A stretch of DNA of 64,000 nt from Candidatus Obscuribacterales bacterium (lineage in GTDB: Bacteria > Cyanobacteriota > Vampirovibrionia > Obscuribacterales > Obscuribacteraceae): positions 2,592,001 through 2,656,000 of the forward strand of contig CBDDIJ010000003.1 in assembly GCA_965228855.1 (NCBI GenBank), in the 5' to 3' direction. The translations under genes were made by a program, and so were the position numbers. Positions within the stretch are counted from its first letter, which is position 1. Each line of letters begins with the position of its first letter. The notes beneath the pieces are model-generated. The model worked only from the letters and a program-made list of their open reading frames with translations. It did no database searches and was not told where the DNA came from. Shown here piece by piece: positions 11,215 through 21,397 of the stretch.

Positions 11215-12669
11215 GTGACGAATGCGCCAAAGAGAGGGACTCCGATTGGAGGACCGACCGATCTGTGGACGATGTTGCAGGCGGCCGGGCTCAAAGAGCG
11301 GATCTTCTTCACTCTCGCCATGATCCTCCTTTATCGCGCCGGCGTGCATATTCCACTGCCTGGTGTCGATTCGCACGCCTTTTTAAAACATCCTGAGTAT
11401 GCTCAAAGTTTGCTTGGCATGGTCGACTTGTTTACAGGCGGCGCCCTGAACAAACTCTCAATTTTCTCGCTCGGTATCGGCCCCTACATCACTGCCTCGA
11501 TTATCTTGCAGCTCATGACCGCGGTTATCCCGCAGCTTGAAGACCTGCAGAAGAACCAGGGCGAGCAGGGTCGGAAAAAACTGCAGCAATACACGCGCTG
11601 TTTCACGGTTGTGATTTCCATACTCCAGTCTGTCATGCTCGCCAATGTGCTCATGAAGATTCAGGCCCCGCCTGTCGTAATCACACCTGGTCCTTTGTTT
11701 GTCCTGACGTCGGCCATCATCATGACCGCGTCAGCACTTTTCATCATGTGGATAGGCGAGGTTATAACCGAGCGTGGTGTCGGCAATGGTGCGTCTCTTC
11801 TCATCTTCTTAGGTATCGTCGCGCGCTTGCCCTCCATGTTCCACAATACATATGATGCTGTACAAACCGGACAGACACCGGTTTGGGGCGTAGCTCTCCT
11901 GGTCGGAATTCTGTTGACGCTTGCCGCTCTAATTGTTTGTTTGCAGCAGGGCGTGAGAAAGATAATGGTGCTGGGTGCGCGTCGAAACGTAGGCCGGCAG
12001 GTCTTTCAAGTTGCCGCGCCTGACGACTATCTCTATCTACCGATTAACCCATCCGGGGTTATGGCGATCATCTTCGCGTCGTCGCTCCTTATGTTCCCGA
12101 CCACTGTGATGCAGTTTGTGAGCCAGGGCAAGGGCAAGGACCCGGGGCAGGCGATTTACGAATTATTGATTTCGATTCCGGGATTGGGCAAGGGCATCGA
12201 GAGTTTTGCGCAGATTGATTGGGTTCAAAATGTCTGGGGCTTTATTTCGACCGAAGTCGGCAATATGTTCGTCTATTATCGGTGGGAGCATTCGCTGGTC
12301 TATTTCGCCTTGATTCTTTTCTTCGCGTATTTCTATGCGTCGATTATTCTTCAGCCTCGCGATATGGCTGAAAACCTCAGGCGTCAGGGAAGAGCGATTC
12401 AGGGCGTTCGTCCGGGTCGACCAACAGCGGAGTTTCTGGAAGACACGCTCAGCAGGCTGGTATTCATCGGCGCATCGGCAATCGGGATAATCGCGATTCT
12501 GCCCATTCACACGGAACAATTCACACAAGTAACGACGCTGCAGGGTCTGGGAAGCACCTCGCTAATCATCCTGGTCGGTGTCGCAATCGACACACAAAAA
12601 CAGATCAAAACACACGCGCTCTCAGCCAAGTATCAAGCCCGCGGAATTTTCCGCAAGACTACGAGCTAG
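11215..12669 (+). CDS. secY: Preprotein translocase subunit SecY
   Basis: SIFSLGIGPYITASII, ITERGVGNGASL, IQGVRPG; multiple TM segments. Confidence 0.98.
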   Translation: MTNAPKRGTPIGGPTDLWTMLQAAGLKERIFFTLAMILLYRAGVHIPLPGVDSHAFLKHPEYAQSLLGMVDLFTGGALNKLSIFSLGIGPYITASIILQLMTAVIPQLEDLQKNQGEQGRKKLQQYTRCFTVVISILQSVMLANVLMKIQAPPVVITPGPLFVLTSAIIMTASALFIMWIGEVITERGVGNGASLLIFLGIVARLPSMFHNTYDAVQTGQTPVWGVALLVGILLTLAALIVCLQQGVRKIMVLGARRNVGRQVFQVAAPDDYLYLPINPSGVMAIIFASSLLMFPTTVMQFVSQGKGKDPGQAIYELLISIPGLGKGIESFAQIDWVQNVWGFISTEVGNMFVYYRWEHSLVYFALILFFAYFYASIILQPRDMAENLRRQGRAIQGVRPGRPTAEFLEDTLSRLVFIGASAIGIIAILPIHTEQFTQVTTLQGLGSTSLIILVGVAIDTQKQIKTHALSAKYQARGIFRKTTS

Positions 12670-12737
12670 GCGCCATAAGGTTTCGCACTTTAGAACGTGA
12701 TTGAAACGGAAACACTTCAGTGAGGGAGTTGAAGACA

Positions 12738-13394
12738 ATGCAGATTTTGTTCTTGGGAGCGCCGGGCGCTGGCAAAGGCACGCAGTGCAAACGGCTTGCT
12801 GAAAAGCTGGCTCTGCCGCATTTGTCGTCAGGCGACATGCTGCGCGAGGCGGTCAGACAGGGCACCAAAGCTGGTGTCGAAGCAAAATCCTTCATGGACA
12901 AGGGTATGCTCGTTCCCGATGATGTTTTGATCAAAATGTTCAAAGAGTTTCTGTCGAAGCCGGAGATGGACAAGGGTTTCATTCTCGATGGTTTCCCGCG
13001 CAACTTGGCGCAGGCCGAATCATTGTCCACTTTGCTTACTGAGTTGAGCAAAGCACTCACGGTCGTCATCAATCTGCAGACCTCCGACGACTTGCTGGTG
13101 GAGCGCATTACCGGTCGTCGCGTTTGTCCCAACAAAGAGTGCAATGCGGTTTATCACATCAAGTTCGCGCCGCCTGCAAAAGAAGGCGTCTGTGATAAAT
13201 GCCAGACCGAGTTGTCGCATCGCAGTGATGACAAGCCGGAAGTCGTCAAGCAGAGACTCTCGACATATGCGGAACAGACAGAACCGCTCATCAAGTATTA
13301 TGGAGATCAGGGACTGGTAAAAACGGTCGATGGAGAAGGCGAGCCTGAGGCAGTCTTCGAAAGTCTGATCAAAGCACTGAAAGTTCCTGCTTAG
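12738..13394 (+). CDS. adk: Adenylate kinase (Zn-lid type)
   Basis: GAPGAGKGTQ P-loop, GFILDGFPR, Cys4 lid; alternative GTG start at 12720. Confidence 0.98.
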   Translation: MQILFLGAPGAGKGTQCKRLAEKLALPHLSSGDMLREAVRQGTKAGVEAKSFMDKGMLVPDDVLIKMFKEFLSKPEMDKGFILDGFPRNLAQAESLSTLLTELSKALTVVINLQTSDDLLVERITGRRVCPNKECNAVYHIKFAPPAKEGVCDKCQTELSHRSDDKPEVVKQRLSTYAEQTEPLIKYYGDQGLVKTVDGEGEPEAVFESLIKALKVPA

Positions 13395-13424
13395 ACATTT
13401 TGCAAGAAGACGGAATCTGAGTAC

Positions 13425-14231
13425 ATGATTGTCACTAAAGAAGCTGATTTTGAGCTGATTCGCAAAGCCGGTAATTTAGCCGGGCGAGTGCTCGAGATGA
13501 TATCTACAATGGCAGAACCGGGGATGAGTACCTGGGATCTGGATCAAATCGCAGAGAAGCGAATTCGCGAAGAAGGTGCCCTTCCCACATTCAAAGGGTA
13601 TCGGGACTTTCCTGGCACGGTATGCATTTCGGTAAACGAAGAAGTCGTTCACGGCATTCCGCGCAAAGACAGAAAAATCAAAGCAGGCGATGTGCTCTCA
13701 CTCGACCTGGGTGTGACGTTTCAGCGTACCGAGAACGGCAAGAAATTCGACCTGATCGCCGACACGGCGGTGACGGTTCCAGTTGGCAACTGCCCGGGCA
13801 GTTTAAACAAACTCCTGGATGACACTCGTGAAGCGCTGTACGCGGGCATTCGTAAATGTTTTGCCGGCGCCACGCTTAACGATATCGGCGGAGCAATCGA
13901 GGATATTGGCAACGAAGGTCAATACGGAATCGTGCGTGAATACGGCGGTCACGGCATAGGCTACGTGCTTCACGAAGAACCGTTTATTTTCAACTACAGA
14001 ACTCAATCTGGTAGCAAGACTAAGCTAGAACCTGGTATGGTAATAGCGATCGAACCCATGTTCAATCTTGGCGGCGAAAGAGTCCGCACCAAGAAGGACG
14101 GGTGGACAGTTGTAACGCAAGATTACAAGCCTTCTGCACATTTTGAACATTCAATTTTGATCACGGAAGGCGAGCCAGAGATACTTACTAAACGTCCGAA
14201 TGAGGAGTTTGTGTGGCCAAGCAAGGCGTAA
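13425..14231 (+). CDS. map: Type I methionyl aminopeptidase
   Basis: [35 protein letters not shown]. Confidence 0.98.
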   Translation: MIVTKEADFELIRKAGNLAGRVLEMISTMAEPGMSTWDLDQIAEKRIREEGALPTFKGYRDFPGTVCISVNEEVVHGIPRKDRKIKAGDVLSLDLGVTFQRTENGKKFDLIADTAVTVPVGNCPGSLNKLLDDTREALYAGIRKCFAGATLNDIGGAIEDIGNEGQYGIVREYGGHGIGYVLHEEPFIFNYRTQSGSKTKLEPGMVIAIEPMFNLGGERVRTKKDGWTVVTQDYKPSAHFEHSILITEGEPEILTKRPNEEFVWPSKA

Positions 14232-14434
14232 TTGAATTTGAGGGCACAATCAAGGAATCCCTGCCCAATGCCATGTTTCGGGTCGAACTCGATAACGGAC
14301 ATAAGGTTCTTGCTCACATCTCGGGCAAGATTCGGAAGAACTTCATTAAGATTCTTCCGGGCGATCGCGTGCGTGTAGAGCTCACTCCATATGACTTAAC
14401 GCGCGGACGCATCACCTACAGAATCAGAGAGTAA
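14213..14434 (+). CDS. infA: Translation initiation factor IF-1
   Basis: [41 protein letters not shown]. Confidence 0.99.
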   Translation: MAKQGVIEFEGTIKESLPNAMFRVELDNGHKVLAHISGKIRKNFIKILPGDRVRVELTPYDLTRGRITYRIRE

Positions 14435-14559
14435 TGTACAATTAGATATTCCGCGCAGGCTGCGTCGGTTTGCATTCGGTTGAAAGCAAGCTGCTGACGG
14501 CTTTTGCGTGCTGTACAGGTATCGGTTTTTTGGAGCGGCGCCCAGGCGCCTGAGTCAAA

Positions 14560-14673
14560 ATGAAAGTAAGAGCATCAGTCAAAAAAATGTGCGATAAGTG
14601 CAAGGTAATTCGCCGCAAAGGTCGCGTAGCGGTCATTTGCGAGAACCCGAAGCACAAACAACGTCAGGGATAG
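14560..14673 (+). CDS. rpmJ: 50S ribosomal protein L36 (below the ORF-track cutoff)
   Basis: Manual translation [37 protein letters not shown]. Confidence 0.98.
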   Translation: MKVRASVKKMCDKCKVIRRKGRVAVICENPKHKQRQG

Positions 14674-14757
14674 TTTGTTAGAGAACGCTAGAAGCGTTAA
14701 GCCTTGTCACGTTAAGTATTTCTCGAAAAGTGACGAGGTGAGTGAATTGGAGGATTC

Positions 14758-15144
14758 ATGGCCCGTATTGCCGGTGTAGATTTACCCAAAAACAAGCGCG
14801 TACACATTGCGCTGACCTATGTGCACGGTATTGGTCGCGCCTCTGGCGAAGCCATTTGCCAGAAGCTGGACATTCCGGTCTCGAAGCGTGTGCACGAGTT
14901 GACCGAGGAAGAAGCTTCCAAAATTCGTGAAGAAGTTGAGAAGTCCGGCAATTACCAGATCGAAGGCGATCTGCGCCGTGTTGAAGGTCTGAACGTCAAG
15001 CGATTGATTGAAATCAATTGCTATCGCGGTCAGCGCCACAGAAGAGGTTTGCCGACCCGCGGTCAGCGTACCAAGACCAATGCCCGCACCAGACGCGGAC
15101 GCAAGCGCGTCACCGTCGCAGGCAAAAAGGTTGCAACTAAGTAA
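14758..15144 (+). CDS. rpsM: 30S ribosomal protein S13
   Basis: [29 protein letters not shown]. Confidence 0.99.
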   Translation: MARIAGVDLPKNKRVHIALTYVHGIGRASGEAICQKLDIPVSKRVHELTEEEASKIREEVEKSGNYQIEGDLRRVEGLNVKRLIEINCYRGQRHRRGLPTRGQRTKTNARTRRGRKRVTVAGKKVATK

Positions 15145-15334
15145 GCGATGATTGCCGGATAGCCGGCATCGTCAAACCGGATCTGCTTCTTCTTAACGAA
15201 AAGCCCGAAATCAGTAATATTCGAACGAAATTTCACTTATTTACTGAGTTTTCATCTTAAGATCCGAAAACAATACAAAACTGGTTCCCGTCCCGCTTAA
15301 GCGGGTTTCACACACAGGAAAAGAAGAGACAACC

Positions 15335-15730
15335 ATGGCAGCTAAAAGCCCTAAAGCCAGAGGCAAAAAGAAAGAGAAGCGGTACGTATTGCAAGGTGTC
15401 GTCCACATAAAGAGCACCTTCAATAACACCATTATTTCGTCTACCGATCCGCAAGGTCAGGTCATCGCCTGGGCATCAGCCGGAACCGTAGGCTTCAAAG
15501 GCGCCAAGAAAGGCACGCCGTTCGCAGCTCAACAAGCTGCCGACACGGTCGCTCGCCGTTCGATGGACCAGGGCATGCGTCAGGTTGAAGTCCTGGTCAA
15601 AGGTCCTGGAGCCGGACGTGAAACAGCCATCCGCGCATTGCAAGCGGCTGGACTGGAAATCACGTTGATCAAAGATGTTACCCCCATTCCACACAATGGA
15701 TGCCGTCCGCCCAAACGCAGACGCGTCTAA
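15335..15730 (+). CDS. rpsK: 30S ribosomal protein S11
   Basis: [33 protein letters not shown]. Confidence 0.99.
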   Translation: MAAKSPKARGKKKEKRYVLQGVVHIKSTFNNTIISSTDPQGQVIAWASAGTVGFKGAKKGTPFAAQQAADTVARRSMDQGMRQVEVLVKGPGAGRETAIRALQAAGLEITLIKDVTPIPHNGCRPPKRRRV

Positions 15731-15835
15731 TAAATTCAAATCTTTGTCAGTCGCCGGTTTCATTGTGCTTGACCGGCAACTGCGTTTGATACCGCGGCAA
15801 TTGGTTATCAACACAAAAGGTTAGGAGATCGTACG

Positions 15836-16462
15836 TTGGCTAGATACACAGATCCTGTTTGCAAACTCTGCCGTAACGAAGGCGCCAAGCTCTTCTTGAA
15901 AGGCAGCCGTTGCTACACGACCAAATGCGCAATCGAGCGCCGCCGTTATGGCCCGGGTCAACATGGCCAGGCGCGCAAAAAACACTCTGAATATGCATTG
16001 CAATTGAGAGAAAAACAAAAAGTACGTCGCACCTATGGACTGCTCGAGAAGCAATTCGCTGCGTACTATAAAGTAGCTTCCGCCCAGAAGAAGGTTCCTA
16101 CCGGTTTGAAGATTCTGCAACTCTGCGAAGCTCGACTGGACAACCTCGTGCACAAGAGCGGCATGGTGCCCTCGAGAGCGCAGGGCAGGCAGCTGATCGC
16201 TCACGGTCACTTCACCGTGGACGGCAAAAAGGTCTATTCGCCTTCGATTCAATTGAAACCGGGTCAAGTCGTTTCAGTTGCTGAAAACAGCAAGAAATTG
16301 ATCAAAGGCATCATCGAAGCCAATCCGGCGCCGCTCGCTCCGAACTGGATTTCGGCAGATCTCGATTCTTTGAAAACATCGATCATTCAAGCTCCTCCGC
16401 GTGAAGAGCTCGACGGAACGATCAAAGAAGCACTTATCGTTGAATACTATTCGAGAAGATAG
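15836..16462 (+). CDS. rpsD: 30S ribosomal protein S4 (Cys-containing N-terminus)
   Basis: MARYTDPVCKLCR, PGQHG, QLREKQKVR, EARLDNLV, IVEYYSR; TTG start. Confidence 0.99.
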   Translation: MARYTDPVCKLCRNEGAKLFLKGSRCYTTKCAIERRRYGPGQHGQARKKHSEYALQLREKQKVRRTYGLLEKQFAAYYKVASAQKKVPTGLKILQLCEARLDNLVHKSGMVPSRAQGRQLIAHGHFTVDGKKVYSPSIQLKPGQVVSVAENSKKLIKGIIEANPAPLAPNWISADLDSLKTSIIQAPPREELDGTIKEALIVEYYSRR

Positions 16463-16576
16463 TGTTCGAATCATAGGGCGGCGATGAGCCGCCCATGAGC
16501 GTTTTAAACGAACGCAAACAGTTTCAATCCAAGCGTCATTAACGCACGTTAGACAGATAAACTGCAGGAATAAACC

Positions 16577-17671
16577 GTGAACAACGACTTCAATCGACTT
16601 TATATGAATCAAGGTCTGGGCGGAATGTCCTCTTCGTCATCCTCAATGGGGATGAGCGGAATGGGCAGCTCAATGTCTGGAATTTCGAGCATGGACTACG
16701 GTCTCGTTGCCGAAACCAGCCCGCGCGAGCCAATCAAAATCAAGTGCCTCGAGAACAAAACTCACGCTGATGGATCCATATATGGAAAGTTCGTCATCGA
16801 GCCCCTGGACAGAGGATACGGAACCACTCTCGGTAACGCACTGAGACGCGTTCTGCTTTCTCACATCGAAGGCTCCGCGGTTACCGCAGTCAGAATCGAT
16901 GGCATCACTCACGAATTCACCACCGTACCTGGTGTCGTAGAAGACGTGATCGACATCATGCTCAACCTCAAGGGACTCGTCGTGAAGACCTTCTCGGCAG
17001 ACCCGCAATACCTCCACCTCGATGTGGAAAGACCGGGTCCCGTAACCGGACGCGATATCTTCTGCCCGGCTGATGCAACCATCATCAACCCTGACTGGCA
17101 GCTCTGCACACTTGCAGAAGGCGGCAGAATTCGCGCTGAAGTTACGGTAGAACGCGGCAGAGGCTATGTGCCTGCTGATGCGCACAGCCACTACAAACAA
17201 GCGATCGACGTACTTCCGATCGACGCAGTCTACATGCCTGTTCGCAAAGTTGCTTATGTAGTCGAGCCCACCCGCGTCGGTGAATCAACCGACTACGATA
17301 AGCTCACAATCGAATTGTGGTCGAATGGCGCAATCGATGCTACCGAGGCAATCTCGCAAGCAGCGCGTCAGGTCATCGAACACCTGGTTCCAATCGCCGA
17401 ACTCTCGGGTAAACCGATGGTGCCGACGACAACCCAACCGCAACAAACAGAAGGTAAGCACTCATCCATCTCTATTGAAGAGCTGGAACTCTCGGTGCGT
17501 GCCTACAACTGCTTGAAGCGTGCCAATATCAACTCGCTCGGCGAGCTTCTCAAGCTCACATACGACGATTTGATGAACATCAAAAACTTCGGTAAGAAAT
17601 CTGCCGACGAAGTAATCGAACGTCTCAGACAGTTCGGTCTCACTCTCGCCGACACACCAAAAGACAAGTAA
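16577..17671 (+). CDS. rpoA: RNA polymerase subunit alpha with low-complexity N-terminal extension
   Basis: EPLDRGYGTTLGNALRRVLLS, HEFTTVPGVVED, LELSVRAYNCLKRA. Confidence 0.99.
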   Translation: MNNDFNRLYMNQGLGGMSSSSSSMGMSGMGSSMSGISSMDYGLVAETSPREPIKIKCLENKTHADGSIYGKFVIEPLDRGYGTTLGNALRRVLLSHIEGSAVTAVRIDGITHEFTTVPGVVEDVIDIMLNLKGLVVKTFSADPQYLHLDVERPGPVTGRDIFCPADATIINPDWQLCTLAEGGRIRAEVTVERGRGYVPADAHSHYKQAIDVLPIDAVYMPVRKVAYVVEPTRVGESTDYDKLTIELWSNGAIDATEAISQAARQVIEHLVPIAELSGKPMVPTTTQPQQTEGKHSSISIEELELSVRAYNCLKRANINSLGELLKLTYDDLMNIKNFGKKSADEVIERLRQFGLTLADTPKDK

Positions 17672-17750
17672 GTAGAAGAGAAGAGTCCCGCGAAAAGGGG
17701 CTTGATTAGGGCAGTATTTTGAATGCTGCCGCACAAAAAGGAAACGAGCC

Positions 17751-18176
17751 ATGCGTCACCGTAAAGCACGCCACCTACTTGGAAGAGCAGCAGACCAGCG
17801 TAATGCTGTGTTGAGAGCGCTTGCCACCGAATTGCTCCGCCACGATGAAATCATCACGACATTGGCCAAAGCCAAAGCGCTTCGTCCCCATGTCGAGAAG
17901 CTGATCACGAAAGGCAAAAAAGGCTACCTCAAGGATTACAAATCACTCCATGAGAAAGCCGGCAAAGGTGATGCAGCCGCTGCCAAAGAAGTAGCGCATT
18001 CAGTGCACATCCGCCGTCAACTGCGCGCCAAACTCTACGACCGCGAAGTGGTCTCCAGAGTTGTCGACGAAGTAGCCCCGCGCTACCTCGACAGAGAAGG
18101 CGGCTACTGCCGCATCATCAAGTATCGCGACAGAACCGGCGACAACGCACCGTTGGCGATCATCCAATTGGTTTAG
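17751..18176 (+). CDS. rplQ: 50S ribosomal protein L17 (internal insertion)
   Basis: MRHRK...LGR, IITTLAKAK, EKLIT, GGYCRIIK, GDNAP. Confidence 0.98.
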   Translation: MRHRKARHLLGRAADQRNAVLRALATELLRHDEIITTLAKAKALRPHVEKLITKGKKGYLKDYKSLHEKAGKGDAAAAKEVAHSVHIRRQLRAKLYDREVVSRVVDEVAPRYLDREGGYCRIIKYRDRTGDNAPLAIIQLV

Positions 18177-18258
18177 TTTATTTTTGGCCGCGCCACAGGG
18201 CATAAGCCTTTAGCGCAGCCGCGATGACTAAAGCCATTCGGGCACCAAAGAAGCATAG

Positions 18259-18285
18259 GCACCAGCCATAGTGGCTGGTGCTTTT
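18259..18285 (+). terminator. Rho-independent terminator after rplQ
   Basis: GCACCAGCCA-tag-TGGCTGGTGC followed by TTTT. Confidence 0.8.
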
Positions 18286-18481
18286 CTGTGCGTAAATAGA
18301 ATCGGACGAGCGAAACTGGAAAGCTCTCGAATAACCAGGACGCGCTACCCGATCTTCGCCTTTGGCGAAACGTGAATCGCTGACAGTGGTCTCAAGTGGC
18401 GTCTTACGATTCCTTCTACTCACAGTAGATTTCCATGAAGGCTAAACCGTTTCTGATTTCTGCTTGACTTATGAACCTCTA

Positions 18482-18600
18482 ACGACCATCTCGCTAGCGT
18501 CCCAGGCACGGGAGCTGCTCACGAATCGTCCCTCGCTAGCGTCCAGACGAGGATCTGATCGCGAGCAGTCCCCGCTAGCGACCATCTCACTGGCGTCGCT
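18482..18600. repeat. Direct repeats of a CTCGCTAGCGTC core flanking a long imperfect hairpin
   Basis: CGACCATCTCGCTAGCGTC (18483) vs CGACCATCTCACTGGCGTC (18579); CTCGCTAGCGTCC at 18490 and 18532; GGGAGCTGCTCACGA/TCGCGAGCAGTCCC stem. Confidence 0.6.
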
Positions 18601-18779
18601 CGCCTGCTTAATAACGCTGGTCTGCAAAAAGATTCGACGACTAACACGGCGAATCTCTTGACGTCCACCCGGATCAAACTTCTAAAAAGCGATACGCAGG
18701 AAAGCATTACCTTTCTTAGGTTTCCGGCATTATAAGGGAAGCTATTTCCGGAGCTTTCAGAATTTTTTTGCATCCAAAT

Positions 18780-18809
18780 TGAACTTTTTGGATCGTTTTT
18801 ACGTATCTA
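18780..18809 (+). promoter_or_regulatory. Candidate ECF-sigma promoter
   Basis: TGAAC-N17-CGTA matches the AAC-N16/17-CGT ECF consensus; T-tract upstream. Confidence 0.45.
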
Positions 18810-18954
18810 GAAATAGTAGAAGCAATCGTAAGACGTCCGAAGAGAGAGTGCACTCTCTCGGGTGGACTTTGATGCCTACTGGCTTCAGACAAATCGTCGC
18901 TCCGCGGTTCCGTAGATTTTGTATCAAAGCAGATAACTCAGCTGGAGGTGAACA

Positions 18955-19557
18955 ATGACTAGGATAAGAAGCATGCAAGCATTCAAGTCAGCTAGACGCC
19001 AAACTATTCACCTTGGTCAATTCAGGAAGCAGACCGAGAGGCTGCTTGAAATGTACGAGTTGAACGATAAGGAATCTTTCCTCACGACAATTGATGGCAA
19101 GATTCGCGAGTTGAAGACCGACTTGAGTGCCTACGAGGAACTTCATTATCACATCGAAGCTACCACTGATTTTGACCTGGTCAGAGGACTTGGGAAAACG
19201 CTGCTTAATCTTCGTATCTGGCTAGGCTGGAGTCAAGCGACACTAGGCAACTACTCCGGCATCAATGTCAAATCCATACACGCATACGAACGAGACGAAT
19301 ATCGAAAGACTCGGCTTGAAAAGATCATTCAAATTATGCAGGCGCTTGAGCATGGAATACTAGAGAAGACGTCAGCTGACAACCGCTACAAACGCTCTTC
19401 TTATCAGCCAACTTTATCGTTCGAGTCGGTGGAAGATACTTACAAAAAAGCTCACCTGCCCCACGATGAAGATGCGGAGTTCCTGATTGTGGATGGTCAG
19501 TTGGTGGAGCCGCCGTATGAGCCGGATGTCACGGATGATTTTTCCACCGGGCTATAA
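18955..19557 (+). CDS. XRE-family helix-turn-helix protein (HigA-like, no adjacent toxin seen)
   Basis: LLNLRIWLGWSQATLGNYSGINVKSIHAYERDEY HTH_3 pattern; GGAGGTG SD. Confidence 0.75.
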   Translation: MTRIRSMQAFKSARRQTIHLGQFRKQTERLLEMYELNDKESFLTTIDGKIRELKTDLSAYEELHYHIEATTDFDLVRGLGKTLLNLRIWLGWSQATLGNYSGINVKSIHAYERDEYRKTRLEKIIQIMQALEHGILEKTSADNRYKRSSYQPTLSFESVEDTYKKAHLPHDEDAEFLIVDGQLVEPPYEPDVTDDFSTGL

Positions 19558-19653
19558 TTCGGCTTGATTAGGCTCGAATGCATTTTGATGGCTGAGTTCA
19601 GGTTGGATAGCTGAGTCTAGCTTGATGGTTTGGTTCAATTTGGTTGGTGGGAA

Positions 19654-20526
19654 GTGCCGCGGATTGCGTTTTCACTTGAGTATCATGGCAAGCGATTTCA
19701 TGGGTCGCAGCTTCAGCTTGGCGTGCGGACGGTTCAAGGTGAACTTGAGAGTGCTTTTGAAGTCCTGGCCAAACAACCTCTTCGCGTTACGCTGAGTGGA
19801 CGCACGGATGCGGGAGTTCATGCGGCTGGACAATGCTTCCACGTGGACTGGCCGGAAGGCGTGATACCTGCAGGAGCGGCAACCGCGGCAGCCATTGCTA
19901 GCGGTTTAGAACATGGAGAGGCTGCTGAAGATCTTGATTTGTGGCGGTTGATGCGGTCGCTGAACGGGATTATGAAAAGTGATATCGCCGTTTCCGCGGC
20001 CCAGATTGTGCCGGAAAGCTTTCATGCACGGTTCTCCGCGAATCGCCGAGAGTATGTGTATCGAATTTTGAACCGCCAGCAAAGATCTGCTCTGTTAAAA
20101 GATACTCACTACCAGGTGACGTATGCGTTAGACGTGAAAGCCATGCAGGATGGGGCTTCACGGCTTTTGGGTCAGCATGATTTTGCAGCCTTCAGGTCCA
20201 CAAATGCGGAACAAGTAAGCACCATTTGCACCATTTCGCGTTCCGAAATATTGCAATTAGATGACGGGCGCCTCGAAATCTGGATTGCTGCCGATCGATT
20301 CGTGTACAATATGGTGCGCATAATTGCCGGAACCCTGACTGAGATTGGGCTCGGCAAGAGGACGCTGGAGAGTCTCGAGACTGCTCTTGAAAAGGGCGAT
20401 CGTGATCTGTCCGGACCAACCGCGCCTCCCTGGGGACTGACCTTTCAGTCAGTTCGTTACCCCAAGGAATACAATCTATTTGAACTAAATTCCTTCCATG
20501 AGAAGGCTCAAGGAGTTCTCCCGTGA
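19654..20526 (+). CDS. truA: tRNA pseudouridine(38-40) synthase
   Basis: [45 protein letters not shown]. Confidence 0.98.
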   Translation: MPRIAFSLEYHGKRFHGSQLQLGVRTVQGELESAFEVLAKQPLRVTLSGRTDAGVHAAGQCFHVDWPEGVIPAGAATAAAIASGLEHGEAAEDLDLWRLMRSLNGIMKSDIAVSAAQIVPESFHARFSANRREYVYRILNRQQRSALLKDTHYQVTYALDVKAMQDGASRLLGQHDFAAFRSTNAEQVSTICTISRSEILQLDDGRLEIWIAADRFVYNMVRIIAGTLTEIGLGKRTLESLETALEKGDRDLSGPTAPPWGLTFQSVRYPKEYNLFELNSFHEKAQGVLP

Positions 20527-20966
20527 AGAGTTACAGCGCTAAACCCGCAGAAATAGTCAGAGCCTGGCACCTTATCGATGCCGAAGGCCAAACGCTTGGA
20601 CGCCTAGCCGTCGAAGTTACCAACATATTGCGCGGTAAAAACAAACCAGAATTTACTCCGCACGTCGATTGCGGAGACTTCGTCGTCATCATCAATGCCG
20701 AGAAGATCAAAGTCACAGGACGCAAGGAGATCCAGAAGGTCTACTACAGACACTCCGGTCACCCCCAAGGTTTCAAACAAGAGACGCTTGCATCCCTACG
20801 TCAACGCAAACCGGAAGCAATCATCGAGCGCGCCGTCAAAGGCATGCTTCCTCACACGACTCTCGGTCGCGAGCAGTTCACCAAGCTCAAAGTTTATGCT
20901 GGTGCAGAGCATCCGCATGAAGCTCAGAAACCGCAAGTCTACGCATCACCAGTCATTAATCGTTAA
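20523..20966 (+). CDS. rplM: 50S ribosomal protein L13
   Basis: [39 protein letters not shown]. Confidence 0.99.
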   Translation: MKSYSAKPAEIVRAWHLIDAEGQTLGRLAVEVTNILRGKNKPEFTPHVDCGDFVVIINAEKIKVTGRKEIQKVYYRHSGHPQGFKQETLASLRQRKPEAIIERAVKGMLPHTTLGREQFTKLKVYAGAEHPHEAQKPQVYASPVINR

Positions 20967-20998
20967 TCGCTCACTCGGAGAAAAAGGAAGTTAATAGA

Positions 20999-21397
20999 AT
21001 GACAAGCGTTATTCAATACTATGGAACCGGCCGCAGAAAGTCTGCCACAGCTCGGGTTCGCCTGGTTCCTGGAACCGGCACCGTTAAAATCAACGGCAGA
21101 ACGATGGAAGACTACGTCGGTGGTCGCCATGGTCTTGAGAAACTGATCATGCAACCCTTCAAATCTGCCGATGCGGTTGGACGTTTCGATGTACTCGTCA
21201 CCGTATGTGGTGGCGGCATCGTCGGGCAACTGGGCGCCATCAGACATGGTATCGCTCGTGCGCTGGGCGAAGCGGCCCCGCAAAACCGTCCTGCGTTGAG
21301 AACCGAGGGCTTCCTTACCCGCGACCCGCGCGTCAAAGAGCGTAAAAAATATGGTCGCAAGAAAGCCAGAAAACGTTTCCAATTCTCGAAACGTTAA
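20999..21397 (+). CDS. rpsI: 30S ribosomal protein S9
   Basis: [33 protein letters not shown]. Confidence 0.99.
   Translation: MTSVIQYYGTGRRKSATARVRLVPGTGTVKINGRTMEDYVGGRHGLEKLIMQPFKSADAVGRFDVLVTVCGGGIVGQLGAIRHGIARALGEAAPQNRPALRTEGFLTRDPRVKERKKYGRKKARKRFQFSKR

Noticed and set aside
16464..16500. tRNA suggested by GTTCGAATC
   Set aside because: No cloverleaf or acceptor stem; only an intergenic hairpin
18482..18600. Mini CRISPR array
   Set aside because: Repeats are short, degenerate and irregularly spaced, and there are no cas genes
18178..18773. Short ORFs in the rplQ-XRE gap as a possible toxin
   Set aside because: No RelE/HigB-like features or good SD, and they overlap the terminator and repeats
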